DNA of 64,000 nt from the human T2T-CHM13v2.0 reference genome, Homo sapiens. The notes below the pieces were generated by a model. The model was given only the letters and a program-made list of their open reading frames with translations. It was not told where the DNA came from and searched no databases. Each line of letters starts with the position of its first letter. Position 1 is the first letter of the stretch. The stretch lies in NCBI RefSeq assembly GCF_009914755.1, contig NC_060945.1; one strand, written 5' to 3'. Positions 39,671 to 54,582 of the stretch are shown in pieces. Both the position numbers and the translations under genes were made by a program.

Positions 39671-40696
39671 TTTCTCCATCACTTCCATCTTCATCAACTT
39701 ATTTCTAAGGTTATTCTGATAGGCAAGTTATTTATTGGAAATTATGAATTTACCTTCCTACCATTTATCTGGCTGAGTCTGATTACTTTGTCCTTCTGCT
39801 TTTCTTCGAAACTGTTATAATTTTCATAATTCTAACCAATTTATGTATTTTAACATATTTTAGCGTGATAGGAATTTTTGAGAAATTAATTTTAATAAGC
39901 ATATATCAAATTTACTTTGCATTTATATATTATATAATATGAAGTTAATGTTTATTTTGTCTTATAATGAATGATTTATAGAATTCTGGGAGTATGGATG
40001 GATTCTCGTGGTAATTTACATATCTCTCTTAATACATCACCTGTGCATATCAGCCCTAAGAATATAAGTAAACCTCTCTGAGCCCAGTAGAGTTTATAGT
40101 TTCAATTTAATCTAGTCTCCACCTACTGTAATTAAAGGCCGTAACTGGAAATATAGTCATTGATAAATGTGTGCTAGGAAAAGAGGGCTGTGTCTGCTGA
40201 TTGTTTTGTAATTAATCACCGTGGTGAGAAGCTACAATATTGTTATACTCAAATCTTCAGGTATGATCTTCAGCTAAATAATATATGACTCCAAGGATGT
40301 TAAATAATTTAATGTTCAAATGATCTATTTCAATCAAGAGTTATCACAAAAGCCAATAATGGGGAGTGCTTTCAAATCAAGAGCTCAAATGCTAATTAGA
40401 AGATATGCAATAAGAGCCCAGAAAAAAGACGATTGCATTTGGTATAGAAATCATGCAAAAGCAGTTTTCATACAGTTACGAGGGGTGAAAGGGCTTCCAG
40501 AGAGAATCTGAGACAAGTGATTAAGTAGAAGTGCTATTTCCCCTGCCATGAATGGAAAGACAGAAATGGAATGGCAGCCAGAGTAGGGTGTATTTGAGTC
40601 TTTGCTTGCTATGTCCTCTGAGAACAGCTAGAGCATATTTATATGTTGCTGATGGGAATTTTCCAGTGAAAATGGCCATTGGGAATTAATGACAGT

Positions 40697-40710
40697 GGGG
40701 GGGGGGGGGG
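40697..40710 (+). repeat. G14 homopolymer
   Basis: Seen directly. Confidence 0.95.
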
Positions 40711-42698
40711 TCGAAATGCTGAAGTCAAGTTTTTGCAAAAGGTATAGAGTGTGGAAAACAAAAAATAATTTAATGAATGTGTTGTCCTTACATAAGAACA
40801 ATAAGACCATAGTAAACACATCACTTTGTAAAAATATAAACATACATATTATCACTACAAAAGCCTAGGCTGATGATTTGAAGTGTGATAATGAACAAGA
40901 TTCGTTTGACAGCTCCTATTTTCTCATTAAGGTAAGAGGCCTTCGGAAAAATGTATGCGTAGGATTACTGGCATATTTAAAGCACATTTTAAATAAAAAT
41001 TATATATTTTACACTAGTTCTTCATATGATGAGAGCTTTAAAAATAGGAAAATATTTAACAAGATAATACTTATTTTTAGTCTGTGAAATCATTTCCTGT
41101 AAGCTCTGAAGCAGAGATAATTATGTTCCACTACAAAAGGAGTTATTTGCTCTCCTGTTAATGTGGGTAAGAGATTTCCAGGGTTTTTGTAGGTTTCTTA
41201 TTTTCCTTTAAAAGTGAAAACAAATATATAGCATTTTTTTCTTAGTCCTCTTACTGAGGACTTCTAGCATGCCCTTGGTTATACAAATACATAATTGAGA
41301 CGTATAGCAGACACTTCACTTAAACACAGATTGGTTGTAGGCATAAGTAATCTGCAATATTTTTATAAATCCTAAACCAGCAAGCATAGTCATATATTCA
41401 TAAAAAGTGAAGCAGCTAAGAAAACATGGGCAACAATATTTTCAACTAAAATATCATGCAACACGATGGTTTTTGAGTAATTATCAGAGACTGATACAAG
41501 GGAAGTATTCTCTTAATCAGAGAGTTTTGATTAATTTAATCACACTTTCACTGTGCCTATGAAAATAATGTCTCCACTGGTGTTCTAATTTGAAACAACA
41601 GACTCTTTTTATTATTGAATGAAAGGTACCAGTCATAATGATAGTATTATGGCTGAATATTCAGTCCTGAAAAGTAATATGACAGAAATAATAAAGTTGA
41701 TTACCAAAAAAGGAAAGTGAACATTCACTGACATATATTCACCTGGCAAAATAATAGTCATCACTAGCCAGTGATGAAGAAAGACATTGTCCAATTAAAT
41801 ATACTGTTTTTGGTTCTGAGTCTGTTGAATGCCAATTATTTTTGTCCCGTTTGTAGATATATCACACATTCGGAGCATAAATACATTTCTTTAAAATAAT
41901 TTTATATGTCAATATTTATACATTGTTACTATTTACTAGATTATCAACTTTATTTCCCTCCCTATTCTCGACTATGTTTATGTTGTTTTCATGTTATGTC
42001 ATTAACTATTCACAAAGCTGATTAAAATAAACTGATTCTAAAACAGATTTACAGCTATATGAGTCACTTATTTTTAATCTAGAAAACATAAATACATGCC
42101 CTCCAGAAGACACGGTAGTTTATTGACACAAGGAAATGCCGGTGGGATCTTTAAAGTGTATGCAGATCTAAATCCAGGCACATCAAAACCCAGGTGTTGA
42201 AATGCTATGATTCCTGGTGCCCCACCTCAAGGCCAGTGGCTGAATTTTGATGTGGAGAAGGTATTAACTAAAATCGAGTGGACATGTAGAAAGCATTAAT
42301 TTGAATTTGGGATGATGCATGGAGCCAGGAGGCAAACAAAAGGAAGAATTTACCTTCCAGAATCTCTAGACTGGCACAACACTTACCAAGAAATCACATG
42401 ATTGATTTTGTCCTGTTCTTTTAGCACAGTGAAGGGTAGGGTCCCCAGCACCCAGAAGTGGCTTCCCACTCCTTATCCACGAATACTCTGGTTCCCTGTC
42501 AATGGCTTCTAATTCAAACATCCCTAAAGGTCTATTCTAAACAGTATGTTTTTTTTCCAAGTCAAATGATCAGAATATTTCTTCATGCATTCTAAGCACA
42601 TCTAGCCAGCAATTATGCCAGACACCATGGGAATTTTGTAGTTTGGGCATTCTCATCAAACTTGTAAGCAGTGACACAGCCAACAGACTTCTCATCAC

Positions 42699-43150
42699 TG
42701 TGATGGTTAATACTGAGTGTCAACTTGATTGCATTGAAGGATGCAAAGTATTGTTCCTGGGTATAATTGTGAGGGTGTTGCCAAAGGAGATTAAATTTGA
42801 GTCAGCAGACTGGGAAAGGAAACCCACCCTCAATCTGGGTGGCCACAATCTAATTAGCTGCCAGCGCAGCCAGAATAAAAGCAGGCAGAAGAACCTGAAA
42901 AGACTAGACTGGCTTAGCCTCCCAGGCTACATCTTTCTCCCGTGTTGGATGTTTCCTGCTCTCGAACATCACACTCCAAGTTCTTCAGCTTTGGGACTCA
43001 GAATGGCTTCCTTGATTCTCAGCTTGCAGACAGCCTATTGTGGGACCTCACCTTGTGATTGTGTTGAGTTAATACTCCTTAATAAATTCCCCTTTATACA
43101 TATACATTTATCCTATTAATTCTGCCCTCTAGAGAATCCTGACTAATACA
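42699..43150 (+). mobile_element. MLT2A1-like HERV-L solo LTR
   Basis: TGTGATGGTTAATACTGAGTGTCAACTTGATT start, CTAGAGAATCCTGACTAATACA end, perfect TSD ATCAC (42694-42698, 43151-43155). Confidence 0.93.
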
Positions 43151-43979
43151 ATCACCTTCATCATTGTCTCATTTCTGGACTTCAGCTTCTTTTTTTTTAT
43201 CAAAACATGGGAGTTCAAATCTCTATGTCATTGAAGATATTAAGGAAGGTAAAACTATTCTGCCCCAATAGTTAGGCCATTGCCTTCACCAACAGATTGA
43301 CAATCAGCTGGCTCTTGTCAGATTTAGCTACACTTATTAGGGCTGCGAAGAATTGCTCTGGGCTCTTGGAAGACTTAACAAATTCACCTTCTCCTTTATC
43401 AAGAAACAACTTGCTTTCTATAGCATGTTTATTCCTACTATGAAACCGTGACTAGGAGAGAAAGTCCATAAACATTTTTTTTTCCGAAAAATCTCTCGCT
43501 TGGAAAGTGGGACTAGGTATGCTTCCTTTTGGGCAGTTTCAAATTTATTTTTATTTCTGGAAGCATTTTTGACCTGGAAGCATCCTCTGCATGAAAACAG
43601 AAGTTCTCAGACAGGATGAAAAGAAAGCAGATAAGTCAGCACTGGGTTTCTCCACTTATGGGCCCAACAAATCTTTCAGGAACATAAAATGCCTGCTTAG
43701 CAGGTATTTGAGAGAGAGAGTAATGCTTCCTTCAGGCATAGAAATACCATCAACCTGATCCAGTAGGTTCACAGGGACGATTAACTTGCCTTTATTAACT
43801 AAATGAAAACATTTATCTACTAGTTGTTATCACAGTACATTAGAGGAAAGTTGAATTTTGCTTTTATGTTGTCCATTCTAAACTTGTTAGAAAATGACAA
43901 CTAGGCATTGGAGGAAGCTCCATTATTCACCCAAGAAGACAATATGAATTTGCAGGTTCACAAAAGGGCATTTACCCTG

Positions 43980-44075
43980 AGTTGATTATTCTACATTGTA
44001 TACATGTATGAAAATATCACAGGTACTGCAATGTAACCTAAAATTATGTGCAACTGTGATATTTTAATAAAAATC
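43980..44075 (+). mobile_element. Short L1MA-type 3' tip
   Basis: ACATTGTATACATGTATGAAAATATCACA...AATAAAAA. Confidence 0.55.
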
Positions 44076-44699
44076 TAAAAATGTCAAAATATCCATAAAT
44101 ATATGCAAGTCTATTATCTACATTATTATTGCTTAAACTATTGGTGATAAAACATTATGTTTGTGTTTGTAATTTTGTCTTTTATTTGCATTCTGTTATG
44201 GCCAAATACTTTTGTAAAATATTAGAAATAATGAATTACTAAAATTAAAACACAAATTCATATAAAAAGGCATTTATGCTGAGAATGTCCAATCATTATT
44301 ACTGTGCACACATATACAGACACACACGCATATGTATTTCAAGTAAGCCTTTAATATGCCCATATAATTCTATTATTTTCTTTTTTTAACTCAAATGGCA
44401 TATTCATTTGAAATTGTATTTCAATGATATACGATTAATGAAGAGAAGAGATTGTGGATTGCCATATATCCTATCATGTCCCAGAAGGTAGTCATTTGTG
44501 ACTATTTTCCTGGCATATTTATTATAATGCCAATTTTTACTCTCAGGAGAGTCACAGTTTAGATGATAAATAGATACGGTTCGTTGAAGTTAAGGTGATG
44601 CAACTTTCTGAAATGTAACATGGGAGAGGTGGGTGAGTTGGAATTGACCAGATTCTAGGATTTTCTTTTTAAGAGTGTTACATTGGCCACATTCATAGA

Positions 44700-45747
44700 G
44701 AAGTGGGATTTAATAAAACTAAAAAACTTCTGCACAGGAAAAAAAATAGAGTAAAAATGCAGTGCATGAAATGGGAGAAAATATTTGCAAACCATATTAT
44801 CAAAACCATGTATCATGTCAGGAGTTACTCTCCAAAATATAATATATATAAATATAAATTGCTACATCACAATAGCAAAACAAAAACAAAACAATAAATA
44901 ACCCAATTAGAAAATGGGCAAGGAATTTGAACAGACAATTCTCCAAAGAAGAAATACAAATGGGCAACAAGTAAAAAAAAGGTGCTTAACATCACTAATC
45001 ATCAGGAAAATGCAAATCAAAACCACAAGAACATATCACCTCACAGCTATCAGGATGATTGTTATTACAAAGAAGGAAAAAAAAAAGTGTTGGTAAGGAT
45101 GTGGAGAAATTGGAACCCTTTTACACTGTTGGTGGGAATGTAAAATGATGCAGCCACTATGAAAAACCCTGTAAGTTTCTTCAAAAAACTAAAAACAGAA
45201 CAACCATATAATCCAGCTGTCCCACTTCTGGATATATAGCCAAAGTAATTGAAACCAGGATTTCATAGAGTTAACCCACATTCTCATATTCCTTGCACAT
45301 TATTCACAATAGTCAAGATACAGAAAAATACCCTGAATATCCGTAAGTGGATGAATATAAATAAGATGTGGTAGACATGATATGGAATATCATTCAGCTT
45401 TAACGAAGAAGGAAATTCTGCCCTACATGACAGCATGGGTGAACCTGGAGGACACTGTGCTAAGTGAAATAAGCCAGTTACAGAAAGACGAATACTGCCT
45501 AACTCCAGTTATATGAGGAATCTGAAATAAACTGATAAACACAGAATAAGACTATGGTTGTCAAGGGTTTGTGGGAGGAAAAAATGAGAAGTTGCTGTTC
45601 AACAGGTATAAAGATTCAGTTATAGAAGATGTGTAAGTTTAAAAGATCTACTGTACAATATTGTGCCTGTTAACAATACTGTTAAACCTAAAAAAAATTG
45701 TTGAGGGTACATCTCATGTTAAGTGTTCTTACCACAATAAAAAAAAA
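44700..45747 (+). mobile_element. L1MB1/2-like 3' ~1 kb
   Basis: L1 ORF2 end motifs and tail AGATCTACTGTACAA...GATCTC-like...ATGTTAAGTGTTCTTACCACAATAAAAAAA. Confidence 0.88.
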
Positions 45748-46081
45748 TTATCTATAAAGACGGTTGAGCCTGGAGCGAAGAAATACATAACAAATCATGT
45801 CTGGAAGCATTTAATAAATTAGGGAGTGTCAGAGAGGTATGTGGAGGTAGAGAAGATGATATAGATTTTTTTTTCTTAATTTGATAATGGAATAATGGTC
45901 ATGAAATAAGACTAGTGAGAAAGTAAGACAACAAATCTACCTTGCAGTCCTCAGGTGTAAGAGAGAGGGAATAAGGAATACCATTTAGGAGGACTTCAAA
46001 AAAAAAAGATTTCCTTGGAGAAGAGCTAAGCTTCAGTTAAGGTAAACTGGCAGAACATAGCAGTTTAAAATAACAGCTTAA

Positions 46082-46399
<318 letters not shown>

Positions 46400-46695
46400 T
46401 GACAGTTTAAGATATTACCGTAATTCCTGGATAAGAAGCACCAGTTACAAAGGACAGTAAAAGAATTCTCGCTGTAGGAAGATGGAGATAAAATGAAGGA
46501 ACAACTAGAAATGGGAGAAGATAGTAAGTGGAAATGCTAATGCAGTGGATCATAGATCTGTATCTCTGCATGTGTGCTTCGTTCTTTGTATTGTACTTTA
46601 AGAAGTCACAAATAGTACTCAAGTTGTAAGAATATTAATCATCTTAGCAAAAGAGTCTTGCAGTACTGGGATTTATACACAACAAAGAAACACAT

Positions 46696-46707
46696 GGGGG
46701 GGGGGGG
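46696..46707 (+). repeat. G12 homopolymer
   Basis: Seen directly. Confidence 0.95.
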
Positions 46708-48734
46708 TTAATCCAGCTGGTATGTATAAGAAGTTTATAAAAATTGAATTAATAATTGTGTAGTTTTGAACACTGTGATAATATAATTTGTACATATATA
46801 AGAGAAAATCCGATGAGAATAGAGCCATGACAAGGCTGAATATGTAGCAAACAAGGTGTCTATGATAACAAACTCTACATGTATTAAAATAAAATGATTT
46901 CAAACAAAATGAACAGATACAGCCCTGGAAACTTCCCTGAGGGGAGTACTGGCGGGAATCTAGAGGAATCTGAATGAGAACAAAACAGAGAATGATTTAT
47001 TATTATTATTTTATCTATTTGAATGACTTTGTAGAACCACATATTTGTGTCTGATAACACCAGAGAAACTGAAAAGTTTCTTCCAAGTTTTCCAGTAATG
47101 ACCATGAACTTAATAAACTATGTAGTGACATACATTTGTATTTTGAACGATTTCTTACTAGTTAATACCATTTCTTGCAGAATGTTGTGTAATGGTTTAG
47201 AGAGAAACAGCCTTTTTGTGGCTTCTGCTAGTTGAGCTGGGATTCAAGTGTTCAAGTCATCCAACCTCATTTTCTCTTTCCATGTTATTGCCTATGAAAG
47301 ATATGTTATTGTTTCTTCTGATGCCCAAATAGCAGATCTATGCATACAGTGCAGTGTTAACTGATTTAGGTAGCTTTCCATCTCAGCATATAAGTATCAC
47401 TTCAGGGAGTAGGAGAATATGGAGTTCTTTTTGATGGTACATGTGTGTTAAATTGATATTGTTCTGGTAATGGCACACTATAGCCATGAACTCTGTCCAT
47501 ATTACCCTCTTCCATCAAGAATGGATGACACTATTCACAGATAAAAGGGAAAGGATCAAAATCATGATATATTTGGACCCAGTAGTCTCTTGAAAAAGGC
47601 AGGGTAGAGGTCAGAACACTTATTTCAATTGAACAAAGTCTACATTTTCGGAATGCTGCTATAAACCAGATGTCATATCAGTAACTGTCTTGAAAGAAGT
47701 GTGGAAATGTATAACAGCTATGAAAAGAGATATTCGTATTAAAGGAAATATTTAGAAACATACGCCTGAGATACTATTGTCTTTAGTCTTAAAAAATTGC
47801 TTAAGTAAAATTAAAGTAACTAACTACCTAAGTGAGCACAATTTTGAAAGAGAGGGATCTCTATTGTTATGTAATAAATTAAGGGAAAGCACCAAATGGG
47901 AACTAGAAGGTAGAAAATGTTATCAATATATTTGAATATTGTAAGTAGAAATAAAAATCAATTAGTCATATTTTAACAAACCAATTAAAGTAAGCCTTAA
48001 AGAAAAAAAAGCATGTGTTTAAATTTTTAAAGGCAAGTTTCTGACAAAACTCCCTATATAGAAGGTTATAATTTTTTTTTAAAAGTCACAATGTAAAACT
48101 ACATTGACAGCCAAAACACATATATTTTAACATGTAAATAAATCTATTACCCATTTCAACAGTGATATACCAAAGAAAGAACTCATTAGCCATTTTTCAT
48201 AGACTAGTCAAACATGTTAAAATGCTATCATTCCGTATTTGCAAGTTGGCCTGTAGAAATATACTGAAGATTTTTTTAAAAGAAGATTGAATTTAATTCA
48301 AATAACTCATTTTAATTTAAATGAAACTAATATAAATCAATCATCATAAAACAGATTGAAATTTCACTGTTAACCATGCTCATAATTCAACTTACATTTA
48401 ATTTAGAAGAAATAATAGTCAAATTTGTGGTTATTTAAAAAAATCTAGAGTTTAATATAGCGTAGAATGCATAAAAATTTTTTTCTTTCACGCTCATTAT
48501 ATGACTAAACAAAATTTATACAGAACATTTCTTTAGTTCTTTATTTTCTTTTCGTGCAATTTTCATATTTGTTTCATTGATTTGTACTGCATTTACCAAA
48601 GGATAAGTTTTTTTAGAAGTGCAAACCATTTACCATTAGTTTTGGTATCAAGAAAATTAAATCTCACCCCCTTCACTGTACTTGTATTCATTTACCCACA
48701 GTTGAAATTGAAGTAAAAAATTACAATGTTGCAA

Positions 48735-48890
48735 GCCAGGCATGGCGGTGCATGCCTGTAGATCCAGCTACTCTGGAGTCTGAGGCAGGAGACTTAAGTT
48801 GAGGAGTTTGGAGCTGTAGCTCCTATGATTGTGCCTGTAAAAAGCCACTCCACTCCAACCTGGACAATATCGCAAGAATCTGTGTCAAAA
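48735..48890 (+). mobile_element. FAM (fossil Alu monomer, 7SL-derived)
   Basis: Monomer retaining 7SL-type GCTGTAG...CTATGATTGTGCCTGT...AGCCACT segment absent from dimeric Alus. Confidence 0.75.
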
Positions 48891-49983
48891 TATCACAGAT
48901 ACAATTCCTTAAAAATAATTTACTATGTCATGATTTCTCCACATTTTACATAAGACTTAGAGCTACCTTAAGTTAAAGGTAGCAAACAGTTATATCATAA
49001 CTCATTTTCATGAAGCTTTAGGACTTCATCCTTTTATCACTGCAATAATTTTAAGTTATAAGTCATTTTTTGAATAATATAGTATATTTGCTTATTGATT
49101 TTTAAAATGCACGCTACTTGTAGATTTCTTCTTGCATTAGAAATGAACGATCTGGTGACCACTGGATGTGGTAAATGAGGAAAACTTCAAAAGTAACTAA
49201 TAAGTAATAGATTAACATAATAATAATAAAACCTTCCCCATTTCCAAATTCCAGTGGAAATACTTACAAACACAGACCAAACATAAATGTTTAACTATGT
49301 CTATGCATGTGTAAATTTGGATAAACACTAGTAAAAATATTGATAAAAGATCATATATTCAGAAATTGGAGGTGTTTCTACATCTTGATTAAACTAACAG
49401 GGGATACTGTTGACTCTTTCAAAAATAACAGTTTTAAAATAAGGAGCCTACATTTCCAGTTTAAGACAATGAACTGATCAAATGGTTCAAAACATCAGTA
49501 ACAATTATTGCATACAAAAAGGAATATTTTGAAAACGTATGGAATAGAGGTGACAGCAATTGTCCGGAGTTCCATAAATTTCTGGAAAACAGGAGAAATT
49601 TGGCGTCCCATGATCAATAAACTCATGCTGAGTGGGCCCCATTTTAGAACATGTAAAGGAGAAGAATCTGTGTTGGAACTGGATAATAAGGGTTGTAGAA
49701 ATCAAGATAATTGACTTATGGACTGTTACAAAATTTGAGGTACCCTAGGTTTAGATTGGAAAATTATTTTATAAGAACTATTAAGATATCTAACTTGGAT
49801 TGGTATATTTCTGCTGGAAAGTCAATACCCATGCTGTATTCTCCTTATTATGACACGTGTTTGTTTGTGACCCAATTTACATCTTTAAAATAATCATTAT
49901 AACATGTTTAGGCACATGTACCTGCTGAAAATGAACCATATGAAGGAGGAAGAATTAGCAGAGGAATGGAGTGATAGCCAGTA

Positions 49984-50286
49984 CTGTCAGCCTTCAGTAT
50001 CCATGGGGGATTGGTTCCAGGAACCTACAGATACCAAAATCCATGGATGCTCAAATCTCTTATATAAAATATTGTAGTAGTTACATTTAACCTATGCACA
50101 TCATCCTGTATACTTTAAATCATCTCTAGATTACTCATAACCAATACAATATAAGTGCCATGTAAACACTTATTATACTGTATTTTGTATTTTTTATTGT
50201 TATATTTTTATTTTTTTTCAAATATGATCTCTCCAGTGTTGGTGGAATCTGCAAATTCAGATGCCGTGAGTACAGAGAGTTGATTT
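49984..50286 (+). mobile_element. MER2 (TcMar-Tigger)
   Basis: GTATCCATGGGGGATTGGTTCCAGGA...GATACCAAAATCCATGGATGCTCAA...TACTTTAAATCATCTCTAGATTAC. Confidence 0.88.
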
Positions 50287-51241
50287 TACTTCCATGAATC
50301 AATAGATTAATATTCATGTTCAAAACAAGTAGTCTTATAGATTTGAAGAGAATGCAAAGCAGAGCTGGAAAGTGAATGCCTCTTTGTTGTGAGTCATCAT
50401 TATTTGTCCAATATAGGTTAGTAATTTGAGTTTATTTTATAGTTTTTCTCTGCTATCCTCAGACATCAGACTCTTAATTCTTATCTCCTTTTAATTATTA
50501 CATGAGAAATATTTACAGCTTTGCTAAAGAGCTTGTGAATCATAGTGTTTGCTGAAAGCTCTAATTCAGGTTGACTACAGCGTTGACATTTTGCAAGTTA
50601 GAAATTTTCTAACTTACTTTAATTATTATAATTATTATTGTATCTTTCAAAATCAATAGATCATGCATAACTTAAAGTTACAAAAATATTAATGTAAAAC
50701 AATGTATAATTAATTTATCTATGAGATAATTTGGTGGGACTGATAAGATGTGAAAAAAACGGTGTGGGACACATTTCCTCAGTGTGTATGATGGGGTGCC
50801 AACATAAAAGACCTATTATTATTGAACTAAGATATAGATATTAAATATATTATTTGCAAGCACTAAAATTACCGCTAGAAGGTACAAACACCTTTGACAT
50901 CAGGGCTAAAATAGCTGAAGCTTACCTTTGAAAAATCAATAAATGCAATAAAAAGATATTTATCATTGTGATACTTAGAAGTATTCATCCAATGTGCTAA
51001 ACATATAAAAAGTCAAAAGTGTTCCTCCGTGTAAGGAAAAGGGTAAAGAATTAAACATTGAAAACAGGTTTTTTGGCCCTTGTTTAAAATAGTTTTTATA
51101 TTTTACTTTTATTATTTATAAAAATATAGGAAAAATCCAGATATTAAAAGGTACATAAAAGTCTGTCCAGGTCACTGTGTAGATAAAAGAAATGAGAAAT
51201 GTAAAGTTGATACTACTGAGAATGAGATAGAAATAGGAGAA

Positions 51242-51404
51242 TTTTTAAAAACTCATACATACTGATTGTACATTTTGCTGAAGTATACGTGATATTTTGA
51301 TACATGTATACAATGGGTAATGATCAAATCAGAGTAATTGGGATATTCATTAACTCAAACATTTATCTTTTTATTCTATTAGGAATATTCCAAATCTCCT
51401 CTGG
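51242..51404 (-). mobile_element. L1MA4/5-like 3' tip
   Basis: GTGATATTTTGATACATGTATACAATGGGTAATGATCAAATCAGAGTAATTGGGATAT. Confidence 0.8.
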
Positions 51405-51804
51405 CAAAAAGAGTAGAAATATTAATTTTTGTTTATTACATATATTTTTTATACCTTCAAAAATATTTATTAAATAAAATTCCAAATATGGTATTAAATT
51501 AGATTTAAACATTCAAAATCACCAAAAAAATTTACAATTGTATAACTAAAGGTACAAATTAGTTCTATAAATACAAAAAGTATGGCAAACAATTTTGTAA
51601 TATTTCCACCCTGATCTAGAATTCCATACCTCCCACATCTCTCATTATCTTTTTTCTTAAGGTTGTTTTGGTTTTTCAAACAGCCCACATAACTTTTTCA
51701 GGATTATTTTTTTAATTGAATAAACATCTAAAGTGACAGGAACTTCCAAAAGTATAATGCTTTATCTAGAAAGGTAATTTCCATCTCTTTGAAAAATGTT
51801 CATG

Positions 51805-53050
51805 TGTTTAATTATGAAACTTGTAAAACATTCAGAAATATACTAAAAATAATGCAGCATCCAATCATGTAACAATTATGCGGATTTCAGGAAATGTTAA
51901 TATTAGATTATATTTTCTCTTTCCTATTAAGGTATATCTACTATCTTGTATTTCTTGAGTACTTATCCATATATAATTTTAAACTTTTATACAAATGTTT
52001 TCTCATATATAACATATAATACTATAATTTATAAAATCTATTTTGCTGTACATATCATTTTGAAACTTACTTTTTTTGTTGTTCATCATGGTTTTCAAAC
52101 ATTTACCTATTTTTACTTACTAAGAGCTAGCTCTCTCCTCTTGGTTAATTCTGTGTAACACATCATTCTATGAATATATCACAAGTTGTTTATCAATTAT
52201 TTTCCCAAAATAGCTTTAGATTGCTTCTCGTGTTTTGCTGTTTTCAAGCTTACATACTACTCTTACTCTATGCATCTCTTTGGGCCTGTAGTAGAAAATG
52301 AGAATTAAAATATTGTAACAAATACCAAGTTTCTTTTCTAAGTTGCTGCAATAATTTACACTTCCAGCATCCACAAGACTGCACACTTCCAACATGTATG
52401 CTACACGAAGGTAATATCAAATCAGTATGAAATGGAATTCCTTTGTTGTATTTTGCATTTTTCTAATTTGCAGTGATGTACAAATTTTTATATGTTATTA
52501 GCAACTTGGGTTTTGTCTTAGGAATTTCTAGTCCAAAATGTACTTGTTCAACTATGTTTTTTTTACTGAGTTCTTTGAATGTATATTTATAGGATACTTA
52601 ATATATTGATGACATCAATAGCTATTGAAATGTTTATGTTGAAAACATTGCCATTTCCAGTTTATCCTTTAATTAGTTCATAACTTCATTATAATATTCT
52701 TTTAATATTTTTATATAGCAAGGATTTTTCTTATATGATCACACTGCATTAGAAATACATCAATATCCTGGTATTAAAATACATTTCATCTCAAAATTTT
52801 TGCTTTTCATATTTAAGTCTTTAAACTATGTGGAATTGATGTCCAGTGTGAATTTTCACTACAATTTTATCATACATATTTGGTAGCTATCCTAGCATTA
52901 TCCTTTCTACCTTTGTTTTCCTAGCTGTTGTGTAGTGCAAAGTGTATTATCTAAAAATTATGCACATGTGTGCTCATATGTCTAGGTTTTTTATTCTGAC
53001 TGACCTTTTTGTCTATCAAAAAAATTTTCATCAATTATAATTATATGGGT
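51805..53050 (-). mobile_element. Decayed L1ME/MC 3' region
   Basis: Degenerate antisense L1 motifs (AATTTACACTTCCAGCA, TTTTGCATTTTTCTAATT, CATATTTAAGTCTTTAA). Confidence 0.55.
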
Positions 53051-53104
53051 GTTGTGAGATTAGTGCACAGTACCTATAAACTTGTTTAACACTGGAGTTT
53101 TTTG

Positions 53105-53216
53105 TGGGTATGTGCATGTATGTGTGTGTGTATACATGTGTATGTAATGTTTATCTATGTGTGTGTATATACATATACATACTATATGTGTATATGTATA
53201 TACTATATGTATATAT
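53105..53216. repeat. (TG)/(TA)-rich low-complexity tract
   Basis: Seen directly. Confidence 0.85.
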
Positions 53217-53525
53217 AGTCTTTGTCCATTTTGTGCTGCTGTAATAGAATAACCTAAGACTGGGTTATTTATAAGGAAAGAAATTTATTTGGCCCACTAT
53301 TTTGGTGGCTGAAAAGTTTAAGATTGGGCAGCAGCATCTGGTGAGGGCCTCATGCTGCCTCCACACACGGAGGGAACCCGAAAGGAAGTGGGTTTGTGCA
53401 AAGAGGTCGCATAGTAATGGAGGAAGCAAGAGAGAGAAACCAAGAAAGACAGACTTTTGTTTTTTGAACAACCAGCTCTCTCAAAAGCTAATCCACTCCC
53501 ATGTAAGTGAGAAATCAATCCTCTT
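53217..53525 (-). mobile_element. MSTB-like MaLR LTR fragment
   Basis: GTCCATTTTGTGCTGCT...AGACTGGGTTATTTATAAGGAAAGAAATTTATTTGGC...GCATCTGGTGAGGGCCTC. Confidence 0.8.
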
Positions 53526-53985
53526 AAAGTGTTTCTCTAGTAATTCTGTTATCATGTATTATCATTTTATGATAGTTTTGAGATTCTTACCATTAGTATT
53601 TATTAATAATAACTGATATTTTTTACATTCATGTTCAAAATTTGTCTTGAATACCTTGTGTCATTGTGTGCTTTGTCTACGTTTTAAAATTTAAATATTG
53701 AGTTACTTTATGTTGAGTTACATTATGACTCAACTCAGAGAACTAGCATTTAGTGTTGTAGATCTTTTCTTGATTTTTATTTTATTAATTTTTCATTACA
53801 TTCTTTGTTTTCATACTTTTGTATTTTTGATTTGGCTAAAACATTTTTTCCTGCTTTCTGAAATAGTTACTTAACTTATTGATACTAAGTTGTTTAAAAC
53901 ATTTGCATTTACAGAAAAAATACTTACTTATTGCTACAGATTTATCCCTTAAGAATAGTATATTTTTTAATTTTTAAAATTTTCA

Positions 53986-54300
<315 letters not shown>

Positions 54301-54582
54301 TTAATGATTTTAATTTTAAATAAAACAATTTAAATAAAACATTAAACTTTTGAATTTTAGAATTTGAAATCATAAGTTTTTATTGACAACAAAGTATGCA
54401 GATAATTATACAGCTTATTTTGTTACTTTGAGCCTTCTTTTGAGACTTTGTATGTGAGCAAATTGAAGCAGACTCTGTATGCTTATAGAAAATTGATATA
54501 CTTCCATTAGTGAATGATTTGATTTATATTTATAATTTGTTAATATTTTACAAATTGTCTATATCCTTATTGCTTTGTGCTT

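Noticed and set aside
42643-43119. Longest ORF in the track (158 aa)
   Set aside because: Lies almost wholly inside the MLT2A1 LTR, begins at a non-ATG codon, no domain similarity; chance ORF.
51242-51404. L1MA 3' tip that resembles the part missing from the L1 at 9984
   Set aside because: 41 kb away with unrelated flanks; short L1 3' tips are common independent insertions.
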